A stretch of DNA of 64,000 nt from an uncultured archaeon (GCA_964653985.1 CAZZIC010000001.1:15489-79488), one strand, 5' to 3'. Shown: positions 52,667-63,174, numbered from the stretch's first letter. Notes: generated from the letters alone by a model not told the origin. A program made the numbers and translations.

Positions 52667-53308
52667 TTAAATAAAATATTTCTTTTGTAAATGAGCATAT
52701 TCATAATATTGCTCAAGTTCTTTTTCAACATATTCATAGATCAAATCATAAAATTGACGGAATAGTTCATCAGGAAAAACATTGCTATCTAATATTATTT
52801 CATTGACTAGTTCCTCGGTAACCATCTGAGAATTAATGGGTTGATGGTAAAACAAAAAATTCATCATTGCCTTGTCGATTTTATCCTTTACAATACTTTT
52901 TATCATTTTTAATCCAATATCCGATTTAGGATTTATGTAATAGGGGTAATTCTTATCATCTAATATTTTTATAATTCCTAACGACTCCACCAGCTTATCT
53001 ACACAATAATTCAAAGCACTTGGTTTAATGCCAAAGCTTTGACAAAACTCTTTTTTAGGTCCATGTAAAGGAAATGCCATTGGGTGTCGTTTAATTATAT
53101 AAAAAGCAGCGATAAAAAATTTATAGATATTATGCGGAATATTATCAGTCTTTCTTAAATATCTATAAACGAGATGTACACATTTCAAGATAATTTCCCG
53201 AGAAATTTTAAATTGTTCTAAAAATTCCTGACCACTTTTTAGCAAGTCAAGGGTTATTTGATCTCTTGTGTTATATTCTTGGTTTGAAATTTGGGATAAC
53301 TCTAACAT
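52667..53308 (-). CDS. hypothetical protein with a possible HTH/cyclin-fold-like segment
   Basis: EFCQSFGIKPSALNYCVDKLVESLGIIKILDD resembles an HTH recognition unit. The call is weak. Confidence 0.45.
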   Translation of the reverse strand: MLELSQISNQEYNTRDQITLDLLKSGQEFLEQFKISREIILKCVHLVYRYLRKTDNIPHNIYKFFIAAFYIIKRHPMAFPLHGPKKEFCQSFGIKPSALNYCVDKLVESLGIIKILDDKNYPYYINPKSDIGLKMIKSIVKDKIDKAMMNFLFYHQPINSQMVTEELVNEIILDSNVFPDELFRQFYDLIYEYVEKELEQYYEYAHLQKKYFI

Positions 53309-53331
53309 ATAAACTATACCTAATGTTTTAA

Positions 53332-53574
53332 TTATATTTGCTTAAAATCCTTTAATTCTTGTTTTAAGATCTTCCGAATTTCAGGTTTCAGAGTATCCGA
53401 GCAAACTTCTCCAGATCCTTTTTTGATGGTATGCCCATTATTTTGGCATATTGAATCAAACGGAACGGCTACTCCCTTAAAAAAATCTATATATTCCCTT
53501 TCTATTTCTTTAATGCTATTACTTCTTCTTAATACCTCTAGATCCAAATCTAATTTTAACATATAAACTATCAC
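53332..53574 (-). CDS. hypothetical small protein (80 aa)
   Basis: The ORF lies 23 nt upstream of the 213-aa gene on the same strand and is divergent from the RHH gene. Confidence 0.4.
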   Translation of the reverse strand: MIVYMLKLDLDLEVLRRSNSIKEIEREYIDFFKGVAVPFDSICQNNGHTIKKGSGEVCSDTLKPEIRKILKQELKDFKQI

Positions 53575-53662
53575 CTTGTTTGGCTGTATCTCCTCTGAAT
53601 CCGACTATATTATTCGGATATTCTATAGATAATATGTGATCATTTTCGTATATAAATATTGT

Positions 53663-53678
53663 GATGCAGATCTGCATC
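53663..53678. promoter_or_regulatory. perfect 16-bp palindrome GATGCAGATCTGCATC in a divergent promoter region (candidate operator)
   Basis: The sequence is its own reverse complement. It lies just downstream of TATAAATATT (53651-53660). Related TGCAT half-sites recur at 53746-53750 and 53757-53761, next to a TTTAAATA box (53765-53772). Confidence 0.45.
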
Positions 53679-53825
53679 AAATTATTAACAAGAGAATACT
53701 TATTTATAAATAAAAATTTATTTCTCGCAGAATCAACATCGAATATGCATCAAAAGTGCATACCTTTAAATAGTAAAAAATCTATTTATTAATAAAGAAA
53801 TTTAATTTTGTCGAAATTCTAAATT

Positions 53826-54284
53826 ATGTCTCCTGCAAGTAATTCAAGTGATGCTGATGAAATACCTCCTAAATCAGTGAGAATTACGACTACTTTAGAT
53901 TATATAGACGCAAAAATAATAGAAAACTTGCAAGGAGCTCTCGGAAATTCCCAATCCTCAGTAATAAACTATATTATTAAAGATTGGATCAAAACAAATT
54001 CAGAAAAAATTAGGCTAACATATGGAATAGATATCGCAGGAATTAGAAGAGAAATTCAATCGGTGATTAAAGGTATAGAAATTGAAGAAGAAATTCAGAA
54101 GAATGTAATGACCGAATTACAAAAAAGATTTAAGAGGATTAAAAAGATGAAAATCTCTTCCCTTGCTGAAATGATGAGTGTTCACGAACAGACATTAATC
54201 AATATTATAACTCTTAAGGGAGATGAGCTAGAAGAGCAAGGTTTGGATTTAGAAATTGATGGAGATTATATTGTAAAGAAATAA
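53826..54284 (+). CDS. ribbon-helix-helix (CopG/Arc-like) N-domain protein
   Basis: VRITTTLDYIDAKIIENLQGALGNSQSSVINYIIKDWI fits the beta-strand/helix/helix RHH pattern. The C-terminus is helical. Confidence 0.55.
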   Translation: MSPASNSSDADEIPPKSVRITTTLDYIDAKIIENLQGALGNSQSSVINYIIKDWIKTNSEKIRLTYGIDIAGIRREIQSVIKGIEIEEEIQKNVMTELQKRFKRIKKMKISSLAEMMSVHEQTLINIITLKGDELEEQGLDLEIDGDYIVKK

Positions 54285-54342
54285 AACGTGAAAAGAATTC
54301 CTGACCTATCGTACTTAATTTTTTTAGCTAAAACTCAATTTT

Positions 54343-54384
54343 TATACTCTTATACTCTTATACTCTTATACTCTTAGATACTCT
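54343..54384. repeat. 8-bp tandem repeat (TATACTCT x4 plus a variant TAGATACTCT)
   Basis: I read this directly from the sequence. The stop codon and last codons of the 54366..55343 gene lie inside the repeat. Confidence 0.9.
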
Positions 54385-55343
54385 TCTGGTTTTATACTTG
54401 TTGCCAACATAACTTGATTGATATCTTTATTTTCGCTCCAATCTTTATGCTCTTTCCAATAATTAATTATTTCAGTTTTCATATCCCAATCAGATTCGAA
54501 GACATCCATCTTCTTAGCCCCTTCTAGTCCGATCGCCAATCCTAACTCTCGAAATGCTAATCCATGGGTTCTAATATTAAATGATTGAAGTCCAAAATCT
54601 GCGGCATCCAATATATCAGGTATTAATTCATGATCTTCATCGATCTGATATAAGCGATAACAATCTACCAGTAATTCGCCAACTCCCAGAGGATCGGTAG
54701 TTGGTAGGCGGATTCTTTTTGTGATATTATACATTTCTTCAATAGGTTCTTTTAATTTCCTTTTCGAATTAATATCAACTATTTTAAATGTAACATACCC
54801 ATTGAGGGGATCATGTTGTCCCATTGAAGGGATAAGAGGTCTAGAAAGATCAATACTCATTTTCCAATACATTTTACCATCATCAACAAATTTTTCCGAA
54901 GCATTTACTAGATCTACCGCATACGTCATATATTTTTCTTCTTCTAGAAGATTATTCATTTTGACGAGTGCGATTATCCATTTTGTAAGATAGTGGAAAT
55001 ATTGTCCATCTCGTTCCCATTCGAGACGTTGGTTTATAGGATTTCCAGGTTCTCTCTCAGGAAGGGACTTTCCTATTCGAAGTCCATTTTTGGTTGGATG
55101 ATCCTTGCTTCCAAGCCATCCTTCTCTTTTATCATCTTCCCGATGTTTCCCCAGTGTTTGATGTACTTGCTCTACTAAATCCACTGCTAGTTGTTTATAT
55201 GTTTCATCATTAGTATCCTTGAACAATTGAATAAAATTGCAAACGGCAAATGCATCTGTCCAAAGATATCTTCTCGGCGGTTTATCGGAATTAAGACCAG
55301 TATTTTCTGCAAATTGCAACATTAAAGATTTGGCAAGATTCAT
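54366..55343 (-). CDS. conserved-looking hypothetical protein (possibly alpha/alpha-toroid fold)
   Basis: This is a 325-aa ORF with W/Y/D-rich helical segments (PRRYLWTDAFAVCNF, DGQYFHYLTKW). The family was not recognised. Confidence 0.5.
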   Translation of the reverse strand: MNLAKSLMLQFAENTGLNSDKPPRRYLWTDAFAVCNFIQLFKDTNDETYKQLAVDLVEQVHQTLGKHREDDKREGWLGSKDHPTKNGLRIGKSLPEREPGNPINQRLEWERDGQYFHYLTKWIIALVKMNNLLEEEKYMTYAVDLVNASEKFVDDGKMYWKMSIDLSRPLIPSMGQHDPLNGYVTFKIVDINSKRKLKEPIEEMYNITKRIRLPTTDPLGVGELLVDCYRLYQIDEDHELIPDILDAADFGLQSFNIRTHGLAFRELGLAIGLEGAKKMDVFESDWDMKTEIINYWKEHKDWSENKDINQVMLATSIKPEEYLRV

Positions 55344-55582
55344 ATAATAAGACCATAGAAGATGATATATATTTATAATGATTAAGAATTTTAAATTCTT
55401 GTTTGGTTTCTAAAAATAAGAATGATGGTAAAAAATTGTAAATCAAATAAATTTTTTAATCAGAATAATAATCCATTAAGGAAAATCGATTCATTTTACA
55501 TAGCTAACTTTCCTCCCCCTTAATTTAAGATTACTTCAAAAAATAATAATTAAAATGAATATAGCACTATACAAAATTATCA

Positions 55583-56569
55583 ATGATAGATGAGAAAAGA
55601 AATAGAATATTTGCATATATCTTACTTATTCTGACAGCCCTTATTTGGGGTGGAACGTGGCCCTTAGGAAGATGGCTTGTATCCGAGGATGTGGGAGGAG
55701 AAACCATTCCACCAATGATGATCGCAGTGATTCGATACTTTCTTGCGGTTGTTTGTTTTTTTATAATTCTGAAGTATAAAGAAGGCACCCTCCATTTCCA
55801 ATTTGCCAGGAATCATTGGAAAATATTAACATTTATGGGTTTGACATCTGTGTTGATTTACCAGATCGGATATCTTTTTGGGGAAATGTTTACCGCAGCA
55901 AGTGATGCAAGTATTTTAGTCGCTACAAATGCAATTTGGGTTATAATTATTGCGAGTGTTTTCTTGGATAAGAAATTCGAAAAGAAGAGATTTATAGGTA
56001 CTGTTTTAGCTTTTATTTCTGTTTTTTTAGTCGTAGGATTTTCACCCAATGTTGACGTTCCAAATAGAATTCTAGGAGATATCTTAATTCTTATGGCTGC
56101 TTTTGGGTATGCATCATATACGGTAGCCTCAAAGCATTTTATGAATACTGCTCAAGCGGATAAAGAATCCTATCAACCAACTTCTCTATGGATTATTACA
56201 TGGGTCTCTTTTTTTGGATTACTATTAATTACTCCGATCTCTTTGATAATTAGTCCTGAGTACATAAATCCTGTAACCTATCTTTCTGTCCCTACGCGAA
56301 TTTGGTTAGGGATTAGCTATTTGGCGTTTATTTCTACTATAGGGGGATATACATTTTATTTAGAAGGAGTTAAGCGGTTAGATGCGAGTAAGGCAGCAAT
56401 ATTTCAAACATTGGTTCCTCTTTTTGGCGTTATTCTTTCGGCTTTATTCTTAAAAGAACAGTTCGATGTTTTTGTATATCCTATTTCATTGTTACTTGTA
56501 ATATCAGGAATCACACTAGTTAACTACGAAGGAGCGATAAAAAATAAGAAAAATGATAATAAAGAATAA
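55583..56569 (+). CDS. EamA/DMT-superfamily transporter
   Basis: About 10 TM segments form two EamA-like halves (LTALIWGGTWPLGRW..., ISTIGGYTFYLEGVKRLDASKAAIFQTLVPLFG). Confidence 0.8.
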   Translation: MIDEKRNRIFAYILLILTALIWGGTWPLGRWLVSEDVGGETIPPMMIAVIRYFLAVVCFFIILKYKEGTLHFQFARNHWKILTFMGLTSVLIYQIGYLFGEMFTAASDASILVATNAIWVIIIASVFLDKKFEKKRFIGTVLAFISVFLVVGFSPNVDVPNRILGDILILMAAFGYASYTVASKHFMNTAQADKESYQPTSLWIITWVSFFGLLLITPISLIISPEYINPVTYLSVPTRIWLGISYLAFISTIGGYTFYLEGVKRLDASKAAIFQTLVPLFGVILSALFLKEQFDVFVYPISLLLVISGITLVNYEGAIKNKKNDNKE

Positions 56570-56801
56570 ACCAATTTGGATTTATCCAAACAGTGAAAAT
56601 ATTACAATTCAATCAATTAGTCTGCTTTTACTCAGCATAGGGTTCATATTAAGAGTTTTTGTTTATTTAATTTTTCCAAAAATTAATTTCTCGTTAATTC
56701 TAATTCTCTTTTTCGTAGTCCTTTTACTAAGGATATTCTATTCTTCTATTATTCAGACCAGATTCGAATCAAAAAGGATTGAGAAAAATCCCAAAATCTA
56801 A
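56553..56801 (+). CDS. small membrane protein (82 aa, 2 TM)
   Basis: It overlaps the end of the EamA gene by 17 nt and has two hydrophobic helices. Confidence 0.4.
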   Translation: MIIKNKPIWIYPNSENITIQSISLLLLSIGFILRVFVYLIFPKINFSLILILFFVVLLLRIFYSSIIQTRFESKRIEKNPKI

Positions 56802-56827
56802 AATATTGATTCGCATATATAATCATA

Positions 56828-57655
56828 ATGAATCATGTTTCTATTCAATCTTTTCAAAATGAGGATTATTATGAATTAGCAGAAGTCTTCTTAATATCAT
56901 TTAAAGGCTCAGCGTCAGATCCAAGAACAATGAAAAGGACGACTCAAAAATTCGAAATTTTTGGAGATAACAATATCACACATTTTTTTGTGGCTAAGAA
57001 ATCAGATCAAGTTATTGGAATGGGAGGGATTACTTTTTATAAGGGTTCTTCTTTTATTGGATACTTAGGTGTCCTTCCCAAATATAGAAATCAAGGAATT
57101 GGTACAAAATTGTTTAAAAAGATGTTTCATTTTGCTAAAAAGAAAAATCCAATAATTGAATTATTTGCAAATTTGGAAGCTGTTAGCATTTATCGCAGAT
57201 TTGGTTTCAAGGAAGAATTTTTTTGTAATAGATATGAATTACATCCTATTAAGAAATCATATGGGCAGAGAGTTAATCAATTAGCAGAAATTCCAAGCTG
57301 GATATTTGATTTAGATAAAAAAATAATGGGATATGATCGCTCAATGTTATTAAATTGTTTATTCTCTAAAATGAACTTTTCCTTAATCAGCTATAGAACT
57401 GAAGGATATATTTTTTATGATGATGCTAATATTGGTCCTTTAATTGCCAAAAATTCAGAAATAGCATTAGAGCTAATAAATTATATTCTAAGAGGGACCG
57501 AGTATCATGCTTTAATTCCTTCCCATTTAATCTCAGATCTTTCAATTTTTACCCCAGAAAAGGTCCATGAAACTAAAAAAATGAGATATGGCAATCAAAT
57601 AGGTCACAATTGGAAACCTGAAGTTATGGGATATTATTCATACGCAACCGGTTAA
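56828..57655 (+). CDS. GNAT-family N-acetyltransferase with a C-terminal extra domain
   Basis: The acetyl-CoA motif is VLPKYRNQGIGTKLFKKM, preceded by QVIGMGGI. Confidence 0.75.
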   Translation: MNHVSIQSFQNEDYYELAEVFLISFKGSASDPRTMKRTTQKFEIFGDNNITHFFVAKKSDQVIGMGGITFYKGSSFIGYLGVLPKYRNQGIGTKLFKKMFHFAKKKNPIIELFANLEAVSIYRRFGFKEEFFCNRYELHPIKKSYGQRVNQLAEIPSWIFDLDKKIMGYDRSMLLNCLFSKMNFSLISYRTEGYIFYDDANIGPLIAKNSEIALELINYILRGTEYHALIPSHLISDLSIFTPEKVHETKKMRYGNQIGHNWKPEVMGYYSYATG

Positions 57656-57754
57656 ATTCTACCAAATTTGAGTATTAAAGTTTTCAAATTAGGTTTTTTT
57701 AAAAATAATTTTTCTTTAGAAAAGAAATAAAAAGAGGTTCTATATATATTTTAT

Positions 57755-58864
57755 ATGAGTCTCGATGATAAAATTGCCCAAATTAAAGTTGAGATAGAGA
57801 ATAAGGAAGGAAAAGAATGGTTAGGTCTTAAAAACACAACAGAACAGCGTCTTGAGTCTCTTTTATGGTATTTAGAACATCCTAAGATAAAAGATTTCCC
57901 TCGATTATTGGAAGAAGCGGTGAATCTATATTTTAAAGCAAAGGAAAGTGGATTTTTAAAGATGGAGGGTATTATACGGAAACTTGATCAGTTGAACATA
58001 AAATTAGGAAAGTATGATTACACCAAGGAAAAGGAAGATAAGGAAGGAGGAAAGGAAAAAAGATTTCTGAATTATACTAAGGCTATTCAAGAGTTAAGAA
58101 AAAAAATTGAAATCTTGTTACAATCTCCGTTAGGAACGAGTTTACCTGAAAAAACTCAAAAATCCCTTATAACTTTACGTAATTATCTTAACCATCCTGA
58201 TTTAAAGTCTCGACCAAATCTCGTAGATGAACTATATAACGTTTATGAAACCGCAGAAGAAAATGATTTTATGCAAATGGAATCCTTTAACCAGTTCCTA
58301 AACAAACTCGAGATAAAACTTGGATCTTTAACGAAAGAAATGAAGAGTTTTAAAACAATTGAAGAAAAAATGGAAGAATTGGAAGAAGAAAAATTAGAAC
58401 TTCAACAAAAAATCGAAAATCTTGAGAAAGAAAAGCAAAACTTAAAAGAAAAAGAACGAGAATTTGAAATGGAGAAACAAGATTTAATCGAACAGCAAGA
58501 GAGATTACAAGTTGAGAAAGAGGAGTTCCAAACTGAGAGAAATGAGTTAAAGGATAAAATAGAAACACTTACACAAAAAGTTAATGCACTTCAGGAAGAA
58601 AATCAAGATTTAAAAGAGAGAAACCAACGATTGGAAGAAAAAAGAGGAGATCTGCTCAAAGAATTAGAAGAACTCCAAAAATTAAAAGCAGAAAATAAAG
58701 AACTAACTGCAAAATTACAAAAGTTGGATGATGTTGTGGGAAAAATTGAAACCTTAGAAGCTGAAAATCAAAAACTTAAACAAGAAAATAATCAATTAAA
58801 TACCGGATTAAAAAAATTAGAAGGACTCATTCAACAGTTTGAACAAAAACAACAAGAGCTTTAG
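57755..58864 (+). CDS. coiled-coil protein (E/K/L/Q-rich), unknown function
   Basis: The C-terminal ~170 aa form a continuous heptad-type coiled coil. The N-half contains an internal duplication (LESLLWYLEHPKIKDFPRLLEEAVNLYFKAKESGFLKME versus LITLRNYLNHPDLKSRPNLVDELYNVYETAEENDFMQME). Confidence 0.6.
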   Translation: MSLDDKIAQIKVEIENKEGKEWLGLKNTTEQRLESLLWYLEHPKIKDFPRLLEEAVNLYFKAKESGFLKMEGIIRKLDQLNIKLGKYDYTKEKEDKEGGKEKRFLNYTKAIQELRKKIEILLQSPLGTSLPEKTQKSLITLRNYLNHPDLKSRPNLVDELYNVYETAEENDFMQMESFNQFLNKLEIKLGSLTKEMKSFKTIEEKMEELEEEKLELQQKIENLEKEKQNLKEKEREFEMEKQDLIEQQERLQVEKEEFQTERNELKDKIETLTQKVNALQEENQDLKERNQRLEEKRGDLLKELEELQKLKAENKELTAKLQKLDDVVGKIETLEAENQKLKQENNQLNTGLKKLEGLIQQFEQKQQEL

Positions 58865-58945
58865 CTTAATTCAATTCTTTATTTTATCTAATAGTAAGAG
58901 ACTGATAATTCCTATTCAATTAAATAATAATTCTTAAAAAAAAGG

Positions 58946-59869
58946 TTATATAGAACAACTTCTAATCCCTTCAGAATAGGTTATTTGAACTGTACTTTCG
59001 ATTATATCATATTTTTCGAATAAGTAATTATTTATTTTATTGATAAACTCATCATGATTCGTGTTTTCATCAATCCGAATATGTGTTGTAAAAACTAAAA
59101 AGTTAAGTGTAATAGTCCAAAGATGAGTGTGCTCAATGTTAAGAATTTCATCAAAATTATCTCGCAAATCCTCCTCAATCATATGGATATTTAAACCGCT
59201 TGGAGCCATTTCAAGAAGTACTCTGGTGGAATCTCGCAGTATACCCACAGCCCATATAATAATGACAATCGAAATGACAAAACTTATAATAGGGTCTAAA
59301 AAATTCCAACCTGTAAAATAAATTGTAATAGAAACCACAACTATTCCAATCGAAGATGCGGCATCTCCGAGCATGTGAAAAAAGACTCCTTTTATATTGA
59401 TATCTTGCTCATGTGAGCTGTATAAGAGTGAGACACTAATAAGATTAACGCTTAATCCAAGAATCGCCACTAAAAGCATATATAAACTCTCAATCTCAAG
59501 CGGAGTTAATATTCGAAGGATTGCTTCATAGATTATGTATCCTACAATTCCCAATAGAAAAATCCCATTTATAAACGCGGCGAGAATCTCCGCTCTATAA
59601 TACCCAAAAGTCCGGTGATGACAAGTAGGTTTTTGACATAGGTAAATAGCGAATAGAGATATACTAATTGCGAATGCATGTGTAAACATATGCCCCGCAT
59701 CGCTGAGTAAGGCAATGCTATTAGTAAATAATCCGCCAATGATCTCAACAAACATTATTGATATGGTTATAGTTAAAGAAATAAGTAAACGGTTCTTTCC
59801 TACCTTTCGATATTCAAAAATACGATCTCGTCTCTCTTTTCCATTAAGTTCCTTTTCTCGATTTATCAA
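58946..59869 (-). CDS. cation diffusion facilitator (CzcD/ZitB-type) metal efflux transporter
   Basis: The motifs are LLSDAGHMFTH and HMLGDAASSIG. The protein has 6 TM segments plus a cytoplasmic C-domain. Confidence 0.85.
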   Translation of the reverse strand: MINREKELNGKERRDRIFEYRKVGKNRLLISLTITISIMFVEIIGGLFTNSIALLSDAGHMFTHAFAISISLFAIYLCQKPTCHHRTFGYYRAEILAAFINGIFLLGIVGYIIYEAILRILTPLEIESLYMLLVAILGLSVNLISVSLLYSSHEQDINIKGVFFHMLGDAASSIGIVVVSITIYFTGWNFLDPIISFVISIVIIIWAVGILRDSTRVLLEMAPSGLNIHMIEEDLRDNFDEILNIEHTHLWTITLNFLVFTTHIRIDENTNHDEFINKINNYLFEKYDIIESTVQITYSEGIRSCSI

Positions 59870-60051
59870 TATTATTCGTTTTCGTGGGTTATTTCATTGC
59901 TTGGCTTAATTTAGTCTAAAGTTTTTTCTTAATTAATCTTTTGACTTTGAATTATAAAATTGAATAGTTATATAAACCGTTAATAATTTTAGGAAGTTGA
60001 TAATATTGACAAAGTTATAAAATAAATATATTATTATTCCATTATCTTGGT

Positions 60052-61938
60052 ATGTCCGAATTCTTTGAATCGAATTTTAAAAACTTTTCTGAGCAAGAAA
60101 GGACAAATAGGTTAAAACAATTAGCCTATCTTTCGATAATTTTAGTTTTAATCTTTTTTACAAGATTTTTTAATTATCTTCTCTTTCATTCAATTTCTGA
60201 GCTTTTTAGTATAGTAATTGCTGGGGGAACCTTCTTAATCGGCTGGAACTCACGCCGTTATATGGAGAATTCTTTTTTTCTTGTACTTGGAGTTTCTTTT
60301 CTCTTTGTTGGGGTATTAGATTTAATACATACTATAGGATATAAAGGAATGGGGATCTTAATGAATGCAAGTTCTAATCTCCCTACTCAATTATGGATTT
60401 CTGCTAGATTCTTACAAGCATTCTCCTTTATTTCCTCATTTTTCTTTTTAAACAAGAAGATAAAACCAGAAATCTTAGTTATTTCCTATACCTTTATAAC
60501 TGCAGCTTTATTTCTAATGATTTTTACAGGTATCTTCCCCGATTGTTATTCTGAACCAACAGGTCTAACACTTTTTAAAATTGTGAGTGAATATGTTATA
60601 ATTAGTATATTTTTAAGTTCCATTATTCTTTTGTATCACTTTAGAAAAGAATTTGATAGAGAAATTTCATATCTATTATTCGGAGCATTTATCATCTTCT
60701 CATTATCTGAGTTTTCCTTTACATTATATTTAGATGTCTATGGAATTTTTAATCTTATCGGACATCTCTTAAAGATTACTGGATTCTTTTTTATATACCT
60801 GGCTATTATAGAAACAGGTTTTAGAAATCCTTTTGATTTATTATTCAGGAAATTAAAAACGCAAGAAGAAAGAATTAAGGCAGAAAGAGATATTCTTTTA
60901 AATATCTTTGATGGAATGACGGATAAAATCTATATTGTAAATCAGTATTATAAAATTACTTATGCAAACCCTTCATTCATAAAAGAATTCGGAGAAATAA
61001 AAACTAGAACTTGTTATAAATATCTACATAATAGGGATTCTCCTTGCTCTGATTGTAAATTTCCACAAATTATGAAAGGAAATGTAGCAAGATGGGAATG
61101 GCATGCAGAAAAAAGGGACAAATATTATGATCATATTGATACGCCAATTAGAGGAATTGAAGGACATATCTCTAAACTCGCTATTTTAAGAGATATTACT
61201 GACATGAAAAAGACCCAAGAGAACTTAAAGAGTTTTGTTTCAACGGTTTCACATGAATTAAAAAATCCAATTGCTGTTTTATCACAAACCATAGAAATGA
61301 TTGATCAATATGGAAATCAGCTCCAAGGAGATGGAAGAGAAAGATTAATGGATATTATGTCTAAGAATTCTAAATTAATGGCAGAATTGATAGAGGATCT
61401 CCTTGTACTTTCCAAGATAGATGATAAAAGATCAGAATTGGATATTGAAAGATATAACTTGAGGACAATCTTAGAAAATACACTCCAAAAATTAAATCCA
61501 CTACTAAAAAACAAGAAACTAAATGTAGATTTGAAAATTGGAGAAAACATCTTTTTATACGGTGATACTCAAAAATTAGAACAAATCTTTAGAATTCTTA
61601 TTGATAATGCTATTAAATACTCTTATGAGAATTCAGAAATCAAAATTGATGCAAGAGATAATTATGAAGGGGAATTTAATCCTGAAAAGATTGGAGGGGT
61701 TTTGGTAAGTTTTACAGACACGGGCAGAGGAATCTCTGAAAAAGATCTACCTCATATTTTTGAACGATTTTATCGGTCTGAGAAGGTAAAGGAAATAACA
61801 GGTACTGGTTTGGGATTAGCTATAGCCAAAGAATTGCTTGATTTGCATGAAGGAAAAATATATGTTGAGACAGAATATGGAAAGGGAACGACCTTTCATT
61901 TACTCTTACCTAAGAATTTAAAGAACTCAAAAAGATAA
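60052..61938 (+). CDS. sensor histidine kinase: 7-TM (MASE3-like) N-domain, PAS-like domain, HisKA + HATPase_c
   Basis: The H-box is VSHELKNPI, the N-box IDNAIKYS, G1 DTGRGI and G2 GTGLGLAIAKE. The PAS region has a Cys-rich insert (C..H...C.DC). Confidence 0.85.
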   Translation: MSEFFESNFKNFSEQERTNRLKQLAYLSIILVLIFFTRFFNYLLFHSISELFSIVIAGGTFLIGWNSRRYMENSFFLVLGVSFLFVGVLDLIHTIGYKGMGILMNASSNLPTQLWISARFLQAFSFISSFFFLNKKIKPEILVISYTFITAALFLMIFTGIFPDCYSEPTGLTLFKIVSEYVIISIFLSSIILLYHFRKEFDREISYLLFGAFIIFSLSEFSFTLYLDVYGIFNLIGHLLKITGFFFIYLAIIETGFRNPFDLLFRKLKTQEERIKAERDILLNIFDGMTDKIYIVNQYYKITYANPSFIKEFGEIKTRTCYKYLHNRDSPCSDCKFPQIMKGNVARWEWHAEKRDKYYDHIDTPIRGIEGHISKLAILRDITDMKKTQENLKSFVSTVSHELKNPIAVLSQTIEMIDQYGNQLQGDGRERLMDIMSKNSKLMAELIEDLLVLSKIDDKRSELDIERYNLRTILENTLQKLNPLLKNKKLNVDLKIGENIFLYGDTQKLEQIFRILIDNAIKYSYENSEIKIDARDNYEGEFNPEKIGGVLVSFTDTGRGISEKDLPHIFERFYRSEKVKEITGTGLGLAIAKELLDLHEGKIYVETEYGKGTTFHLLLPKNLKNSKR

Positions 61939-61950
61939 TGTAGTAAAAGC

Positions 61951-63174
61951 TTACTCTATCTTCTTAAATTTTATTTTGTTTTGTATTGTAAAATAAAAAA
62001 GAAGTCCGATTATTGCCACGAAGGAGAGGGTAAAGTAAGTAAAGTTGATCCCTACATCCGCGATAAAGCCTCCCAAAAATGTCCCCAAAAAGAAACTTAA
62101 ACTAATAAAACTCTCAAAATAAAAGCCATATTTAGAAGTATTTTCTATTATATTCCTTAAAATAATCATTTTAAATGAAAAACAATATAAGAATGCTAAA
62201 GAAGTTCCAAATGCTCCAAATAAAATTAAAAATAAATATACGTTAGAGTTCAATCCAGCGATAATTAAAACGATGGATAATATTGTAATAGATCCGATCG
62301 CTAACCTTTTTAGTGTTTTCAAAGAAAGACTCATACCTTTAAAGGTAAAGGTTGTTTGGAAAGCTATCAGAATAAATGAGGATAGATAATTAATAAAGAG
62401 CGGAAAGCCCAATATCTCATATTTTATTGGATATATTAAGCCGTTTGCGTGTTCTAAAAATCCGTACATACTAATTATGAAAAAGGGAAGGAAAACAGGA
62501 TAATTTACATTCTTAAACTTGCTTACTTCAATATTAGGCTGCTCAATAGAAGGGAGTTCCTTGTTTTTTTTATTCATTTTTTTGGGTTCCTGAAAAAGGA
62601 AGGTTAAAATCAAGCATATTAAAATATAGAGAAAGCTAATGTCAAACATTAAATTAATGTCTGCGATAAAAAACAAAAGAAAGCTTCCTAATAAGAAAGA
62701 GAATGCAGAACCTAAATTCCAAGAAAGGGAATACTTTCTAATGAGTTTACTTTCCATTAAATCTTCACTTTCATTCTCTCCACCTAATTCATTTTTCTCT
62801 ACGGAGGTTAACATGGATAATGAAGAATTTAAAACAGGCCAAAATAAACCCAACATCAACCCTTCTATTAGTCGAAGTCCTAGGAAGGTATAAGGATTCG
62901 CAGTAAATTGATAAAATAATTGAGCTCCCGTTATTACCAAAATACAGATTATGAGAGAATTTTTATTCCCTATCTTTTCCGGAATATTCTTGAAAATTAC
63001 TGGCGAAAAGATATAGACAAAATTCATTGAGGCACTTATAATTCCAATCAAACCTGGGGCATAACCTAATTGGAAGAAAAAGATTGGTATAGCCAAATTA
63101 ATAATAACAATATTCGCGACACGAAAGAACCCCAATAATAGGAGAGGATATATCTTATATTCCGATTGATTCAT
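61951..63174 (-). CDS. MFS-type transporter (about 12 TM)
   Basis: Two six-helix halves are separated by a charged loop (QEPKKMNKKNKELP). An MFS-like LRLIEGLMLG motif follows TM2-3. Confidence 0.7.
   Translation of the reverse strand: MNQSEYKIYPLLLLGFFRVANIVIINLAIPIFFFQLGYAPGLIGIISASMNFVYIFSPVIFKNIPEKIGNKNSLIICILVITGAQLFYQFTANPYTFLGLRLIEGLMLGLFWPVLNSSLSMLTSVEKNELGGENESEDLMESKLIRKYSLSWNLGSAFSFLLGSFLLFFIADINLMFDISFLYILICLILTFLFQEPKKMNKKNKELPSIEQPNIEVSKFKNVNYPVFLPFFIISMYGFLEHANGLIYPIKYEILGFPLFINYLSSFILIAFQTTFTFKGMSLSLKTLKRLAIGSITILSIVLIIAGLNSNVYLFLILFGAFGTSLAFLYCFSFKMIILRNIIENTSKYGFYFESFISLSFFLGTFLGGFIADVGINFTYFTLSFVAIIGLLFYFTIQNKIKFKKIE

Noticed and set aside
55567-55788. 73-aa minus-strand ORF overlapping the start of the EamA transporter gene
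   Set aside because: It is a shadow of the TM-rich plus-strand gene and has no independent support.
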